DNA of 64,000 nt from an uncultured Candidatus Cloacimonadota bacterium (GCA_964521025.1 CAZFPK010000011.1:16033-80032); one strand, 5' to 3'; shown: positions 37,021-46,737, numbered from the stretch's first letter. Notes: generated by a model from the sequence alone, not told the origin. Made by a program: numbers and translations.

Positions 37021-37887
37021 ATGGAATATGCTGTAAGAAATACGATTGTTTTAGCGGTTCTGCTTTTGCTGGTAATTGGCGGTTCATACTGGAGGAACAG
37101 AGGATCAAATGTGATCTTACAGGAAAAAACAACGACTTATAATGATCTCAGAGAGACCGTGGACGGACTAAAAAGAGCAAATCCGGATCTGGTAAATGAA
37201 GATATGATCATTTCTGCATTAGAACGCATGGAAGCATCAGCCAGGAAAAATGTAAAAATCATTCTTAAAGAGGATAATCCAACGATCACTTATAAGTATC
37301 TGGTCGATATTGTAGATCGCTATTGTCCGGGATTGGTCTTTAATTTTGTCGTTGAAAAATCCGGGCAACAGGAAATATTTAACTACAATTCCTACAAGAT
37401 CGATGGAAGTGCCAGTTTCGGTGATTTTTATAGATTTGCCGATCACCTGGAAAATGAAGGTCCTTTACTGACGATCGAATCTATTCTCATCAAGGAAAAA
37501 TATAATGCGGTTTCAGACACTATTCAATTCCATCTCTCGTTCAAATCTTATTTTGAGGATAACGGTATTCCTTATGAAGATTTATCTATGAAAAATCTCA
37601 AGCATCTCAATTTCAATTATAATCCTTTTCGGACCAGAATTCACGGACCTTTGAGATATTCGGGACAGGATGAAGCAATAATCCTGGAAAAATCCGTTAT
37701 GATCGGATTAACTCCTGAAAAAGTTTTTATGCGTGATCATCGTGGTAAATTCAGGATCCTTTTACCGGGTGACAAGATCGTCTTTGGAAATTTAACTTCG
37801 ATTAATTGGGAGGAGCAATATGCATCCTTTACGATTAATAAGACCGGGGTAAACGAAGAAAAAATAATATATTTAAAAAAGGAATAA
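37021..37887 (+). CDS. Single-pass membrane protein in the PilO/PilP position
   Basis: ATG directly abuts the upstream TAA. The TM segment is NTIVLAVLLLLVIGGSYW. The assignment rests on synteny only. Confidence 0.45.
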   Translation: MEYAVRNTIVLAVLLLLVIGGSYWRNRGSNVILQEKTTTYNDLRETVDGLKRANPDLVNEDMIISALERMEASARKNVKIILKEDNPTITYKYLVDIVDRYCPGLVFNFVVEKSGQQEIFNYNSYKIDGSASFGDFYRFADHLENEGPLLTIESILIKEKYNAVSDTIQFHLSFKSYFEDNGIPYEDLSMKNLKHLNFNYNPFRTRIHGPLRYSGQDEAIILEKSVMIGLTPEKVFMRDHRGKFRILLPGDKIVFGNLTSINWEEQYASFTINKTGVNEEKIIYLKKE

Positions 37888-37889
37888 TT

Positions 37890-39071
37890 ATGAAAAAAAT
37901 ATCACTATTATTAATTATTTTTATTGTAGGCAGTAGTTTAATAACGCAAATCTCAAAAATTTCGAGTAAGGGATTGGTTTCCATTCCCAAGGATACAAAA
38001 TTTGTTGAGGTCGTAAATACGCTGGAAGTATTATCTCAACAATATGCAGGCAAAAAGATCATCAATTCCAGTATTTTTAATCAGGAGATCGGTGTTCCTA
38101 TCAAGGAAATTCACTGGCTGGAAGCTTTAAATCTGATCACAAGTTATAACAACCTGATTTTGGAGGAATTACCCGGTGCTTTTATTATCAAAGACTTTAC
38201 TGAAGAAGCCGAAGCAGAAGAGGAAGAAAAAAAGGTATCTCCCGATACCAAACAGATCAGGATCAGTTCGATATTCTTCAAAGCAGATAAATCATTTCTG
38301 AACAGTATCGGGATCGATTGGACAACTCTGTATAGAGGAAAAGTCGATGTTGACCTGGGTTTTCTGGGAGCATCCAATGTCTCGGATGAACTATTTAAAG
38401 CTACAGCTACTCATAAAATAGAATCTGCTTCAGCATCTCTCGACCTGAATACTCTCCTGAAAATCATCGAAGCAAAACAAAAAGGTTCGATCATTGCTCG
38501 TCCGAATATTGTTGTCATTTCCGGCAAGGAAGGATTTATCCAGGTTGGTGAAGATTTCTCCATTAAAACCACAGATGAAGACGGTAATATTTTTGATCGC
38601 TTTTTCTCTACCGGAATTATTATGGAAGTTCTTCCTGAAGTGGTTGAAAAAGACGGAGAGGAAGCGATTTATTTGAAGGCTAAAGTCGAGAAAAGTGCTG
38701 CTACTCCCGGTGAACTCAGCACGATCATCGCAAAAAGTACATCTACGACCGAAATTCTGTTATTCGATGGTGAAGAAACTGTAATTGCCGGACTTTACAG
38801 CACAGACGATACAAAGATCAGATCAGGAATACCAATTTTGAAAGATCTTCCCTGGTGGGTTTTCGGGATTCGTTATCTAACCGGTTATAATCGAACGGAA
38901 TCCAAAGTAGGTGAAATGATCATCGTGATCAAAGCAGAAATCGTCGAATCTTTACAGAATAGAATGACTAAAGCGATAACAACAAAGGAAAAAGTTAAAG
39001 AACTCAGAGATTCGAGATCAGAAATAAAAAATTATTTTGAAGAAAATGGAAAGGATATATTCAATGAATAA
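37890..39071 (+). CDS. pilQ: Outer-membrane secretin (PilQ/GspD family), unusually short (393 aa)
   Basis: Signal peptide. Secretin-domain motifs are ARPNIVVISGKEGFIQVGEDFSI...GIIMEVLPEV...TTEILLFDGEETVIAGL...SGIPILKDLPWWVFGIRYL...EMIIVIKAEIV. Confidence 0.8.
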   Translation: MKKISLLLIIFIVGSSLITQISKISSKGLVSIPKDTKFVEVVNTLEVLSQQYAGKKIINSSIFNQEIGVPIKEIHWLEALNLITSYNNLILEELPGAFIIKDFTEEAEAEEEEKKVSPDTKQIRISSIFFKADKSFLNSIGIDWTTLYRGKVDVDLGFLGASNVSDELFKATATHKIESASASLDLNTLLKIIEAKQKGSIIARPNIVVISGKEGFIQVGEDFSIKTTDEDGNIFDRFFSTGIIMEVLPEVVEKDGEEAIYLKAKVEKSAATPGELSTIIAKSTSTTEILLFDGEETVIAGLYSTDDTKIRSGIPILKDLPWWVFGIRYLTGYNRTESKVGEMIIVIKAEIVESLQNRMTKAITTKEKVKELRDSRSEIKNYFEENGKDIFNE

Positions 39072-40728
39072 AAATAAAATAAATTCTATTTTTGTTTCGA
39101 TATCTTCACTGATATTGCTCACATTCTTGATCAGTATTTGCAGTTGTGACTTAAAACTTACAGAGGGTCAACCTTCAGAAGATATCCCTCCCGATTCTGC
39201 CGAGGTTTTGTTATTTGCACCTTCGGATGTGCTGATCGAACAGCTCTCTGCCAATAGTCTCAAATTGAATTGGACAGATAATTCCTGGAATGAACAGGGA
39301 TTCAAAATCGATAAAAAAGTCGGAACAGCATCCTGGCTAACTTCTTACGGAATTGTCGATACGAACATGACTCTCTGGTATGATCAAAATGCTGAAAATA
39401 ATATTCTTAAATACCGTGTTTACGCCTATCTTGGCGAAGCAAAATCAGATTATGCGGAATCCGAAGATTTTCAAAATCTAATTCCCTCTCCCACTTACCT
39501 GGTCCTCACGATAATGGATAATACAAAAATCAAACTGACCTGGGAAGATGTATGTCAAACTGAAGATGGTTATCATATTGATAAGAAGATCGGAGGTCTG
39601 GAATGGGTAGAATCTTATTCTGTTCTCGACAGTAATGTTACTTCGTATTTAGATGAGATCGACCAACCATGCGGTACATTTTCGTATCGTGTTCGGGCAT
39701 TTCAAGGTGAGAATCTATCAGGCTACAGTGATATTGAAACGATCAACATCAACCTGGAGTTGACGGGTTCAATCGGTAGCGGAGGTAGCTTCGCTGCTAA
39801 TGATGTTTTTATCTCGGAAACAACAAACTGGTGGTTGTTTGCGGCAGATCATTATGCTGGTTTAACTATCATTGACGCTTCTGATCCCAGTTTTAACAGC
39901 GGTCTTGATTATGCTTCCTTTAATCTTGGCGGTTTACCTGATAGAACACTCTCTGTTTTTGTTATTGGAGTTTTGGCTTATGTTGCTACACATTCCGGTT
40001 TGGATGAACACGGTTGGCTTAATATAATCGATATGAGTGAATTCATGTTTGTTTACCCGAGAGAACTACCGGAAGATATCCCTATTGTCGGAATGTGTCC
40101 GATCCAGGCAAATCCGGATGATACATATATTCCTAAAGATATTTTTGTCGAAGGTGATTTTGCTTACATCGCCAATGAATATAACGGACTCTCCATTTAC
40201 GATGTTTCTAATTATTCTAATCCTTTTTTCGTCGGAAATTGCAGTACAAATGGAGATGCCAGGCATATCCATGTTAAAAATGATCTGGCTTATATTGCTA
40301 ATGGTTTATCAGGAATTGTTGTGGTCGATGTTTCGGATAGAGAAAATCCTGTTGTGATTGAAACTTATCCGACAACAGGACTTTCTAATGAGATTTCTGC
40401 TTTAGGAGATTTTATTTTTATTGCAGACGGGGAGAATGGTTTGAAAATTATCGAGCGTTCAACAGGAGACATTCAATACATCGATACGGATGGATTTGCT
40501 TACAGCGTTTCCGTACAGGGACAGGACAGGTTCGAGGAAGACCATGTTTACCTGGCAGACAAAGAAAACGGTCTGTTTGTGATAGATATTTCAGATATTT
40601 ATGAACCGTATATTCTGGGAATCCTGGAAATGAATACGGAACCGGTTACAATCCATAAATTCTTCCAGAGCAGTTATGCGTTTGTAGCGGACAATTATGG
40701 AGTAAGAACAGTTCAGGTTGCTCCGTAA
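39064..40728 (+). CDS. Lipoprotein with two FN3 domains and LVIVD-repeat beta-propeller
   Basis: ATG 39064 overlaps the secretin stop (ATGAATAA). The lipobox-like sequence is LISICSC. FN3 regions are LKLNWTDNSWNEQGFKIDKK and IKLTWEDVCQTEDGYHIDKK. The repeated AY[IV]A...NGL.[IV][IV]D[IV]S motif is typical of LVIVD repeats. Confidence 0.7.
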   Translation: MNKNKINSIFVSISSLILLTFLISICSCDLKLTEGQPSEDIPPDSAEVLLFAPSDVLIEQLSANSLKLNWTDNSWNEQGFKIDKKVGTASWLTSYGIVDTNMTLWYDQNAENNILKYRVYAYLGEAKSDYAESEDFQNLIPSPTYLVLTIMDNTKIKLTWEDVCQTEDGYHIDKKIGGLEWVESYSVLDSNVTSYLDEIDQPCGTFSYRVRAFQGENLSGYSDIETININLELTGSIGSGGSFAANDVFISETTNWWLFAADHYAGLTIIDASDPSFNSGLDYASFNLGGLPDRTLSVFVIGVLAYVATHSGLDEHGWLNIIDMSEFMFVYPRELPEDIPIVGMCPIQANPDDTYIPKDIFVEGDFAYIANEYNGLSIYDVSNYSNPFFVGNCSTNGDARHIHVKNDLAYIANGLSGIVVVDVSDRENPVVIETYPTTGLSNEISALGDFIFIADGENGLKIIERSTGDIQYIDTDGFAYSVSVQGQDRFEEDHVYLADKENGLFVIDISDIYEPYILGILEMNTEPVTIHKFFQSSYAFVADNYGVRTVQVAP

Positions 40729-40733
40729 AGTAA

Positions 40734-40752
40734 CACAAAGCTCTGCTTTGTG
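40734..40752 (+). terminator. Stem-loop downstream of the pilus cluster (8-bp stem, 3-nt loop)
   Basis: cacaaagc tct gctttgtg starts 6 nt after the stop, between convergent genes. No clear T-run follows. Confidence 0.4.
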
Positions 40753-40829
40753 GCGATTATATTAAAAATCCCATCCGGAATTTTTTGAATGGAATTTTAA
40801 TGAATTAGAAAAAAAAATTGTTATAAATC

Positions 40830-41147
40830 CTAATTATTGATCAAAACCAATCCCAGCGAAATACCGGCAGCATCATAAACCAGATCCTGCCAGCTCCATT
40901 TTGACTTCTTCAAATATCTATCACTCGTCTCTTTCCCGATCCCTAATATCGATGTAATACTGACGGAAATAACAATGCTGTTCTTTTTCGGATTATAGAA
41001 TATATCATGACTGATTCCGTAATTCCAGTAAGTGATAAAAGCGCTTCCTGTCAGGTGCAGGATTTTATCTTTTCCAAGCCAGTTCGATCTTGCCTGGATA
41101 GTTGAACAGAAAAGCAGGATAAAGAAAATGACGATTAATTTTTTCAT
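40830..41147 (-). CDS. yfiM: YfiM/DUF2279-family lipoprotein
   Basis: Internal Met26 gives MKKLIVIFFILLFCSTIQA. The pattern W.GKDK..H..GSA...GIGKE..D...KSKWSWQDLVYDAAG matches the E. coli YfiM layout. Confidence 0.6.
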   Translation of the reverse strand: MKKLIVIFFILLFCSTIQARSNWLGKDKILHLTGSAFITYWNYGISHDIFYNPKKNSIVISVSITSILGIGKETSDRYLKKSKWSWQDLVYDAAGISLGLVLINN

Positions 41148-41202
41148 TTTTAGACACGACTGGACTTCATCAACTTCAATCTGATGGAATTGAGATAGGA
41201 AT

Positions 41203-42036
41203 TTAAAAAGTCTTGTTTTCATTGTTTATCAATTTGGCAAATTGATTTACTTTTCCTATCTCATAAACACCGGAAAATACGAAGCCCACTTCGCCAATCA
41301 GATAAATACAGTTCCGATCAAACTCGACTTTTAATTCTCCGCCCGGAACTTTAACATTAACTCGATGTTTGAGAAAACTTCGCTTTATCCCGGAAAAAAC
41401 AGCAGCACAAGTTCCGGTGCCGCAGGCAAGAGTTACTCCCGCTCCTCTTTCCCAGAATTTGATCTCGATATTTTCTTGATTAATTATCTTTACAAATTCG
41501 ACATTCGTTCCATTAGGAAAATGCAGGTCTGTTTCTATTTTTCTACCGATTTCGGATAAATTCAGTACATCGAAATTCTCGATGAAAGTTACTAAATGAG
41601 GATTTCCCAGCGAGATGTGATCTCCTGGAAAATTTTGGATAAAGAGATTTTTTTCGATCATTTCCGGTTTTCCCATCTCGACTTTTACGATAGGGTTTTT
41701 TCCAGCTTTGATGATCTTTCCTTTTTTTATGCCGGACTTTGTATTTATAGAAAAATTCTTCCGGCTTTTCTGTGAATGTAAATATGCAACCAGACAGCGC
41801 AGAGCAGTTCCGCACATTTCCGCTTCGGAACCATCCGGGTTGAAGATGCGCATAAAAGCATCATTTCCAGGATCATCGATAATGAGCACAATTCCGTCTG
41901 CTCCGACTCCGAACTGACGGCTGCAGATATTTTTTGCTAATTCGGGAAAATCTATTTCCGGAAATTTCTTATTTAGAAAATCGAAGAACAGGTAATCATT
42001 GCCCTGTCCCTGCATTTTGAAAAAGTTCAGTTTCAT
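41203..42036 (-). CDS. dapF: Diaminopimelate epimerase
   Basis: The ORF-track frame extends to 42126; Met31 gives MKLNFFKMQGQGNDYLFFD. Catalytic Cys contexts are EAEMCGTALRC and LACGTGTCA. Also present is GNPHLV. Confidence 0.9.
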   Translation of the reverse strand: MKLNFFKMQGQGNDYLFFDFLNKKFPEIDFPELAKNICSRQFGVGADGIVLIIDDPGNDAFMRIFNPDGSEAEMCGTALRCLVAYLHSQKSRKNFSINTKSGIKKGKIIKAGKNPIVKVEMGKPEMIEKNLFIQNFPGDHISLGNPHLVTFIENFDVLNLSEIGRKIETDLHFPNGTNVEFVKIINQENIEIKFWERGAGVTLACGTGTCAAVFSGIKRSFLKHRVNVKVPGGELKVEFDRNCIYLIGEVGFVFSGVYEIGKVNQFAKLINNENKTF

Positions 42037-42115
42037 ATTTGTTTCTATGCTTTTAAAATGACTGGACTTCATAATCCCGATTTGACAGGAGGATGGAATT
42101 CGGTTATTTGGAGTT

Positions 42116-42379
42116 TTATTCTTCAATTCCCAATAAATTCAACAAATTCAAATTCACCATAAAATCATCTTTGGTTTGATACTTTTGCAGGCCACCACCA
42201 GGTGATTGAGACCAATTATATTGGAGATGAACTAAATCTTTGAAGCGAAAATTTAGTCCGATTCCGGAACTATTTCCTGCGATATGTCCTCTCATATCAG
42301 TATAACTTCCGGACCTGAAAGAGATAAGATCGAGCAAAGTAAATTCAATTCCTTTTCCCCAGGTACTGTATTCTTCCAT
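42116..42379 (-). CDS. Short hypothetical ORF (87 aa), possibly a gene remnant
   Basis: It fills the dapF-peptidase gap. The frame stays open upstream of the Met into the neighbour's stop. There are no recognisable motifs. Confidence 0.25.
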   Translation of the reverse strand: MEEYSTWGKGIEFTLLDLISFRSGSYTDMRGHIAGNSSGIGLNFRFKDLVHLQYNWSQSPGGGLQKYQTKDDFMVNLNLLNLLGIEE

Positions 42380-42446
42380 GAAAAATTCATTATCATAACT
42401 GGTATAAACCGAAAAAATATCGCGGCAGAAAATAGAAAATATTAAA

Positions 42447-43568
42447 TCACTTTGAGTATTCCCGGATAATCTCCTTGATCCATTTAATCCCGTTTTCCAG
42501 ATCTTTGATCAAAATAAATTCATCGGTCGTATGAACTTTACTCATGCCGGTACCGAGAACTCCCATTTTCAAACCGTTTTGATTAAAAATATTCGCATCG
42601 CTGCCGCCGCCGCCGATGGTTGTTTTATCTTCAATCCTGCAATTAGCGGAAGCCTTTTTGACCAATTCCACGATTTGATCATCTTCGGTTAATTTAAAAG
42701 CCCGGTATTCTTCGCTGACATCGATCTTAACATTAGCCTGGAAATCGTCCAATTTGTATTCAGCCGCGGTTTCACGGAAAGCAGCGGACATCCTTTCGGT
42801 CAGATCATGTAGTTTTTTTTGATCATGACTTCTCGCTTCTGCTTTTACTTCCACTTCATTGGGGACGATATTCGTCGCTCTGCCGCCATCGATCATTCCG
42901 ATATTGCAGGTTGTTTCCGGATCGATCCGTCCCATCGGCATTTTGGAGATGGCTTCGGAAGCGATCTTGATGGCGTTCAAACCTTTTTCCGGTTCTGCTC
43001 CGGCGTGGGCTTCTTTACCGAAAACCGTGTATTTCATACTGTTCTGGGCAGGTGCGGCAATAGTAATTTCTCCTATTTCGTGGGCATCGAGAGCAAAACC
43101 GAATTTTGCTTTCAAAAGGGAATAATCGAGATATTTTGCTCCTAATAATCCAATCTCTTCCGAGATGGTAAAGAGAACTTCGATGGGAGCGTGTTCTTCC
43201 TTGTTTTCTTTTATTTCTTTGATCGCCCAGATAATCTCCGCTATTCCGGATTTATCATCTGAACCGAGAATCGTTGCACCATCCGCAGTTATCCGGTCTT
43301 CCCTGATCTTTGGTTTGATATTTTTTCCGGGTACGACCGTATCCATGTGAGCACAAAACAGGATTGGTTCTTTATCTGTTTTTCCTGGGAAATACGCATA
43401 AAGATTACCGACATTTCCTGCGGTTTTCTTATTTGCTTTATCAAATTGAACAGTTGCTCCAAGTTTCTTCAAGTCTGATTCCAAACGCAAAGCAAGTTCT
43501 TTCTCATTCTTTGACTCGCTGTCGATTTTAACCAATGAAATAAAATAATCGATGATCGTCGAATTCAT
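42447..43568 (-). CDS. M20-family metallopeptidase (peptidase T-like)
   Basis: Motifs are CAHMDTV, GSDDKSGIA, TISEEIGLLGA and GGGSDAN. Confidence 0.8.
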   Translation of the reverse strand: MNSTIIDYFISLVKIDSESKNEKELALRLESDLKKLGATVQFDKANKKTAGNVGNLYAYFPGKTDKEPILFCAHMDTVVPGKNIKPKIREDRITADGATILGSDDKSGIAEIIWAIKEIKENKEEHAPIEVLFTISEEIGLLGAKYLDYSLLKAKFGFALDAHEIGEITIAAPAQNSMKYTVFGKEAHAGAEPEKGLNAIKIASEAISKMPMGRIDPETTCNIGMIDGGRATNIVPNEVEVKAEARSHDQKKLHDLTERMSAAFRETAAEYKLDDFQANVKIDVSEEYRAFKLTEDDQIVELVKKASANCRIEDKTTIGGGGSDANIFNQNGLKMGVLGTGMSKVHTTDEFILIKDLENGIKWIKEIIREYSK

Positions 43569-43692
43569 TTTTATCCTTTCAAAATAAATTTAAGTATAAC
43601 TTGTTCTCAGTTAAAAATCTGTCAACCGGAAAAAATAATGGACAGTATATGGAAAGTAAAAATTCTTTGCTTTTAAAAAAACAGGAGATGTT

Positions 43693-44130
43693 TTGAAGAT
43701 AGTTTTTTTTGTTTTGATTTTATCTTTTCTGCTGGGATGTGCTTCCGGTTCCGGTTACACGACCAAAGGAGCTTCCAAAAAACCTTTTCATCAGAAGTTT
43801 GGAACTGTGAAATCAAAGCAGATCGATCATCAAAAGGGAAATTCTCTTTATATGGTAACCTCGTATTACGGGAAGAAATTTCACGGTAAACCGACATCTA
43901 ACGGTGAGACCTTTGATATGAACGGATTGACAGCGGCTCACAAAACTCTTCCTTTCGGGACGGTCCTGAAGGTTACGAATGAAGATAACGGGAAATCTGT
44001 TACTGTGCGTATCAATGATCGCGGACCATTTGTAGCCGGAAGAGACCTCGACCTATCGTTTGGAGCTGCAAAAAAAATCGAAATGATCACTGCCGGAGTG
44101 AAAACTCTGAAAGTAGAGATTTTGGAGTAA
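43693..44130 (+). CDS. rlpA: RlpA-family lipoprotein (DPBB lytic transglycosylase-like domain)
   Basis: TTG start, lipobox LLGCASG. The DPBB region is SYYGKKFHGKPTSNGETFDMNGLTAAHKTLPFGTVLKVTN...VTVRINDRGPF. Confidence 0.85.
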   Translation: MKIVFFVLILSFLLGCASGSGYTTKGASKKPFHQKFGTVKSKQIDHQKGNSLYMVTSYYGKKFHGKPTSNGETFDMNGLTAAHKTLPFGTVLKVTNEDNGKSVTVRINDRGPFVAGRDLDLSFGAAKKIEMITAGVKTLKVEILE

Positions 44131-44134
44131 GGAA

Positions 44135-45034
44135 ATGCAGGATTTTCTGGAAATTTCAAAAAAAGTTCAGGAAGCATTGGATAACAGGAAGCCGGTAATT
44201 GCTCTCGAATCGACAATTATTGCGCATGGTTTACCTTATCCTCAAAACCTGGAGGTTGCTCGAAGCCTGGAAAAAATCGCTTTTGATAATGGAGTTGTTC
44301 CGGCAACAATTTGTTTGATGAACGGCAAAATCAAGATCGGATTGGAAGAAAATGAATTGAAGATTTTAGCAGAAAATAATACTGTCAAAAAAGTATCGAG
44401 TCGTGATATCGGAAGAATTATAGTAAAGAAAGAAATCGGGGCTACAACTGTTTCCGCAACTATGAAATGTGCTTTTCTTACCGGCATAAAAGTTTTTGCT
44501 ACCGGCGGGATCGGAGGTGTTCATCGCAATGCTGAAAACAGTTTCGATGTTTCTACCGATTTGCTCGAACTTTCCCGAACTCCGGTGATCGTTGTCTCAG
44601 CCGGAGCAAAAGCCATTCTCGATCTTCCAAAAACTCTGGAGATGCTGGAAACTTCAGCAGTTCCGGTTTTTGGTTATCGAACAGGTTTCTTTCCTGCTTT
44701 CTATTCAGCAAAAACAGATTTGAAGATCGACAGGATCGATTCAACAAAGCAAATTTCAGATATTTTCAAGACAAATCGAGAACTCGGTTTTTCGAGCGGA
44801 ATTTTAGTTGCAAATCCGATCCCTGAAATGGATGAAATTCCTTTTAAGGAAATGGAAAAATATATCGAAAAAGCACTCCGGGAAGCGGATTTGAATGGAG
44901 TGAAAGGAAAGGATGTTACTCCTTTTTTACTTTCAAAATTAGTCGAATTGACTGAAGGGAAATCCCTTGCAGCAAATATAAAACTGGTCGAAAATAATGT
45001 CAAACTCGCGTGTAAGATCGTGAAGAATTTGTAA
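44135..45034 (+). CDS. psuG: Pseudouridine-5'-phosphate glycosidase
   Basis: KPVIALESTIIAHGLPYPQN, GATTVSATM, FATGGIGGVHR, VVSAGAKAILDL and VANPIPE are co-linear with E. coli PsuG/YeiN. Confidence 0.9.
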   Translation: MQDFLEISKKVQEALDNRKPVIALESTIIAHGLPYPQNLEVARSLEKIAFDNGVVPATICLMNGKIKIGLEENELKILAENNTVKKVSSRDIGRIIVKKEIGATTVSATMKCAFLTGIKVFATGGIGGVHRNAENSFDVSTDLLELSRTPVIVVSAGAKAILDLPKTLEMLETSAVPVFGYRTGFFPAFYSAKTDLKIDRIDSTKQISDIFKTNRELGFSSGILVANPIPEMDEIPFKEMEKYIEKALREADLNGVKGKDVTPFLLSKLVELTEGKSLAANIKLVENNVKLACKIVKNL

Positions 45035-45038
45035 TTTC

Positions 45039-45156
45039 TGTCATTCCGAGTTTTCTTTCAACGGCATTGATCGAGGAATCTTCAGCAAATAAAAAAATGT
45101 GATTAAAAACTGGGGATTCTTCGAGAGATAAGCAAGTCGAATTTCTCAGAATGACA
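45039..45156. repeat. Palindromic intergenic repeat element, same family as 24087-24161
   Basis: The arms are tgtcattccgag...cgaggaatcttc // gattcttcgag...tcagaatgaca. Confidence 0.6.
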
Positions 45157-45418
45157 GAATATTTGATATAGAAGAACAGAATTGGACAAAATAATTTTTT
45201 GTCATCATTCCCAATCCCAGATTGGGAATGCAATATAAAACCAAACCCAGTTTGAAAAGCAATATTTGAAACACCATTTGATGCTTGACTTAACACTCGT
45301 TGATCGTGAAAAATGAAAACAAAGATAAAATCGGTAAAACAAATTAAGTTTAAATCTAAGTTGAAGAGTCGGAGACTCTTCATGACAACGATTCGGAGAA
45401 TCGTGATAAAGGAGAAAA

Positions 45419-46657
45419 ATGGATAAAATAATTTTCCGAAAATACAATATGGAAAAGGACAAAAAAGCAGCTCACCGGCTTTGGAAAGAAATCGGCTGGT
45501 TGGAAAAAGGTAAAGAAAAACAGATGGACCTGATGCTGAAGGCAGCAAATGTCCTGGTTGCTGATGTGAACGGGGAAATTGAAGTTCTGGCAAAAACAGT
45601 TCCCGGAACAATCAAATATCTCGATGAAGAACTCAAATTTTCCGGAGTAACAGCAGTTACGACCAGCAGGATCGCGCGTAAAAAAGGTCTGGCGTCGGAA
45701 TTGACTGCAAAGGTAATTGCCGAATCAGCAGAAAAAGGAGCATTGGTTTCCGGTTTGGGAATTTTCGAGCAGGGATTTTACGATAAACTAGGTTACGGAA
45801 CAGGTTGTTACGAGCATATAATTTACTTTGATCCGGCTGACCTGAAAGTGAATTCCGATTTCCGTATCCCGAAACGATTGACCAAAAAAGACTGGAAAGC
45901 GATCTATAAATCCCGTCTGAACCGGAAAAGATTTCATGGAGCTGTCAATTTCAACAAACCCGAAACAACTCATGCGGAAATGATCTGGGATGATAAAAAC
46001 TTCGGACTCGGATATTTTGATGAAAAAAGTGGTGAATTAACGCATCATATCTGGTTTTATGTCAAAGATGTCGAGCAAGGACCTTATTGGATAAACTGGA
46101 TATGCTTCCGGAATTCTACTCAATTCCTGGAATTGCTGGCTTTGATCCGCAGTCTTGGCGATCAAGTTAGATTGATCAGTTTGGTTGAGCCGCCAAATAT
46201 TCAACTGCAGGATTTTCTCAAACAACCTTTTCGATTCAGACAGTTAACTGAAAAATCCAAGTTCGAGAATAAGATGAAGGCAACGGCTTTCTGGCAGATG
46301 AGGATTCTAAACCTGAAGAAATGTATAGCGATAACTCATTTGAATTGCGAGGATATAAAGTTCAATTTAGAATTAACCGATCCGATTGAGAATTATCTTG
46401 AACAGAATTCCAAATGGAAAGGAATTTCCAGCAATTATGTCATTGCTCTCGGGAAAAATTCCAAAGCAGAAAAAGGAAAAAATAGAAATTTACCGACTTT
46501 AAGATCGTCGGTCGGTGCTTTTACGAGAATGTGGCTGGGAGTTCGTCCTGCCAGTGGTTTAGCAGTTTCGGATGAACTGTCCGGTACGGAAGAATTATTG
46601 GAAAAACTGGATAAGGCTTTTTGTATCCCGGAGCCGAAACCGGATTGGGAGTATTAA
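45419..46657 (+). CDS. GNAT-family N-acetyltransferase with a C-terminal SCP2-like domain (Eis-like architecture)
   Basis: 412 aa with an N-terminal GNAT fold (VTTSRIARKKGLASELTAKVI) and a length and C-terminal region typical of Eis-type proteins. The call rests on pattern recognition only. Confidence 0.5.
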   Translation: MDKIIFRKYNMEKDKKAAHRLWKEIGWLEKGKEKQMDLMLKAANVLVADVNGEIEVLAKTVPGTIKYLDEELKFSGVTAVTTSRIARKKGLASELTAKVIAESAEKGALVSGLGIFEQGFYDKLGYGTGCYEHIIYFDPADLKVNSDFRIPKRLTKKDWKAIYKSRLNRKRFHGAVNFNKPETTHAEMIWDDKNFGLGYFDEKSGELTHHIWFYVKDVEQGPYWINWICFRNSTQFLELLALIRSLGDQVRLISLVEPPNIQLQDFLKQPFRFRQLTEKSKFENKMKATAFWQMRILNLKKCIAITHLNCEDIKFNLELTDPIENYLEQNSKWKGISSNYVIALGKNSKAEKGKNRNLPTLRSSVGAFTRMWLGVRPASGLAVSDELSGTEELLEKLDKAFCIPEPKPDWEY

Positions 46658-46737
46658 GAATTTAATTTGGCAGGGAAGCAGGGATAGTAAACAGGAAATA
46701 GGTAAAAAAATCTTATAGTTTTTCTTTATTTGTTCAT

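Noticed and set aside
45000-45611. 203-aa minus-strand ORF spanning the psuG/GNAT intergenic region
   Set aside because: It translates palindromic repeat elements and hairpins and has low-complexity content (FLPELQFPRSHQQPG...). It overlaps the ends of two well-supported plus-strand genes and has no RBS or motifs.
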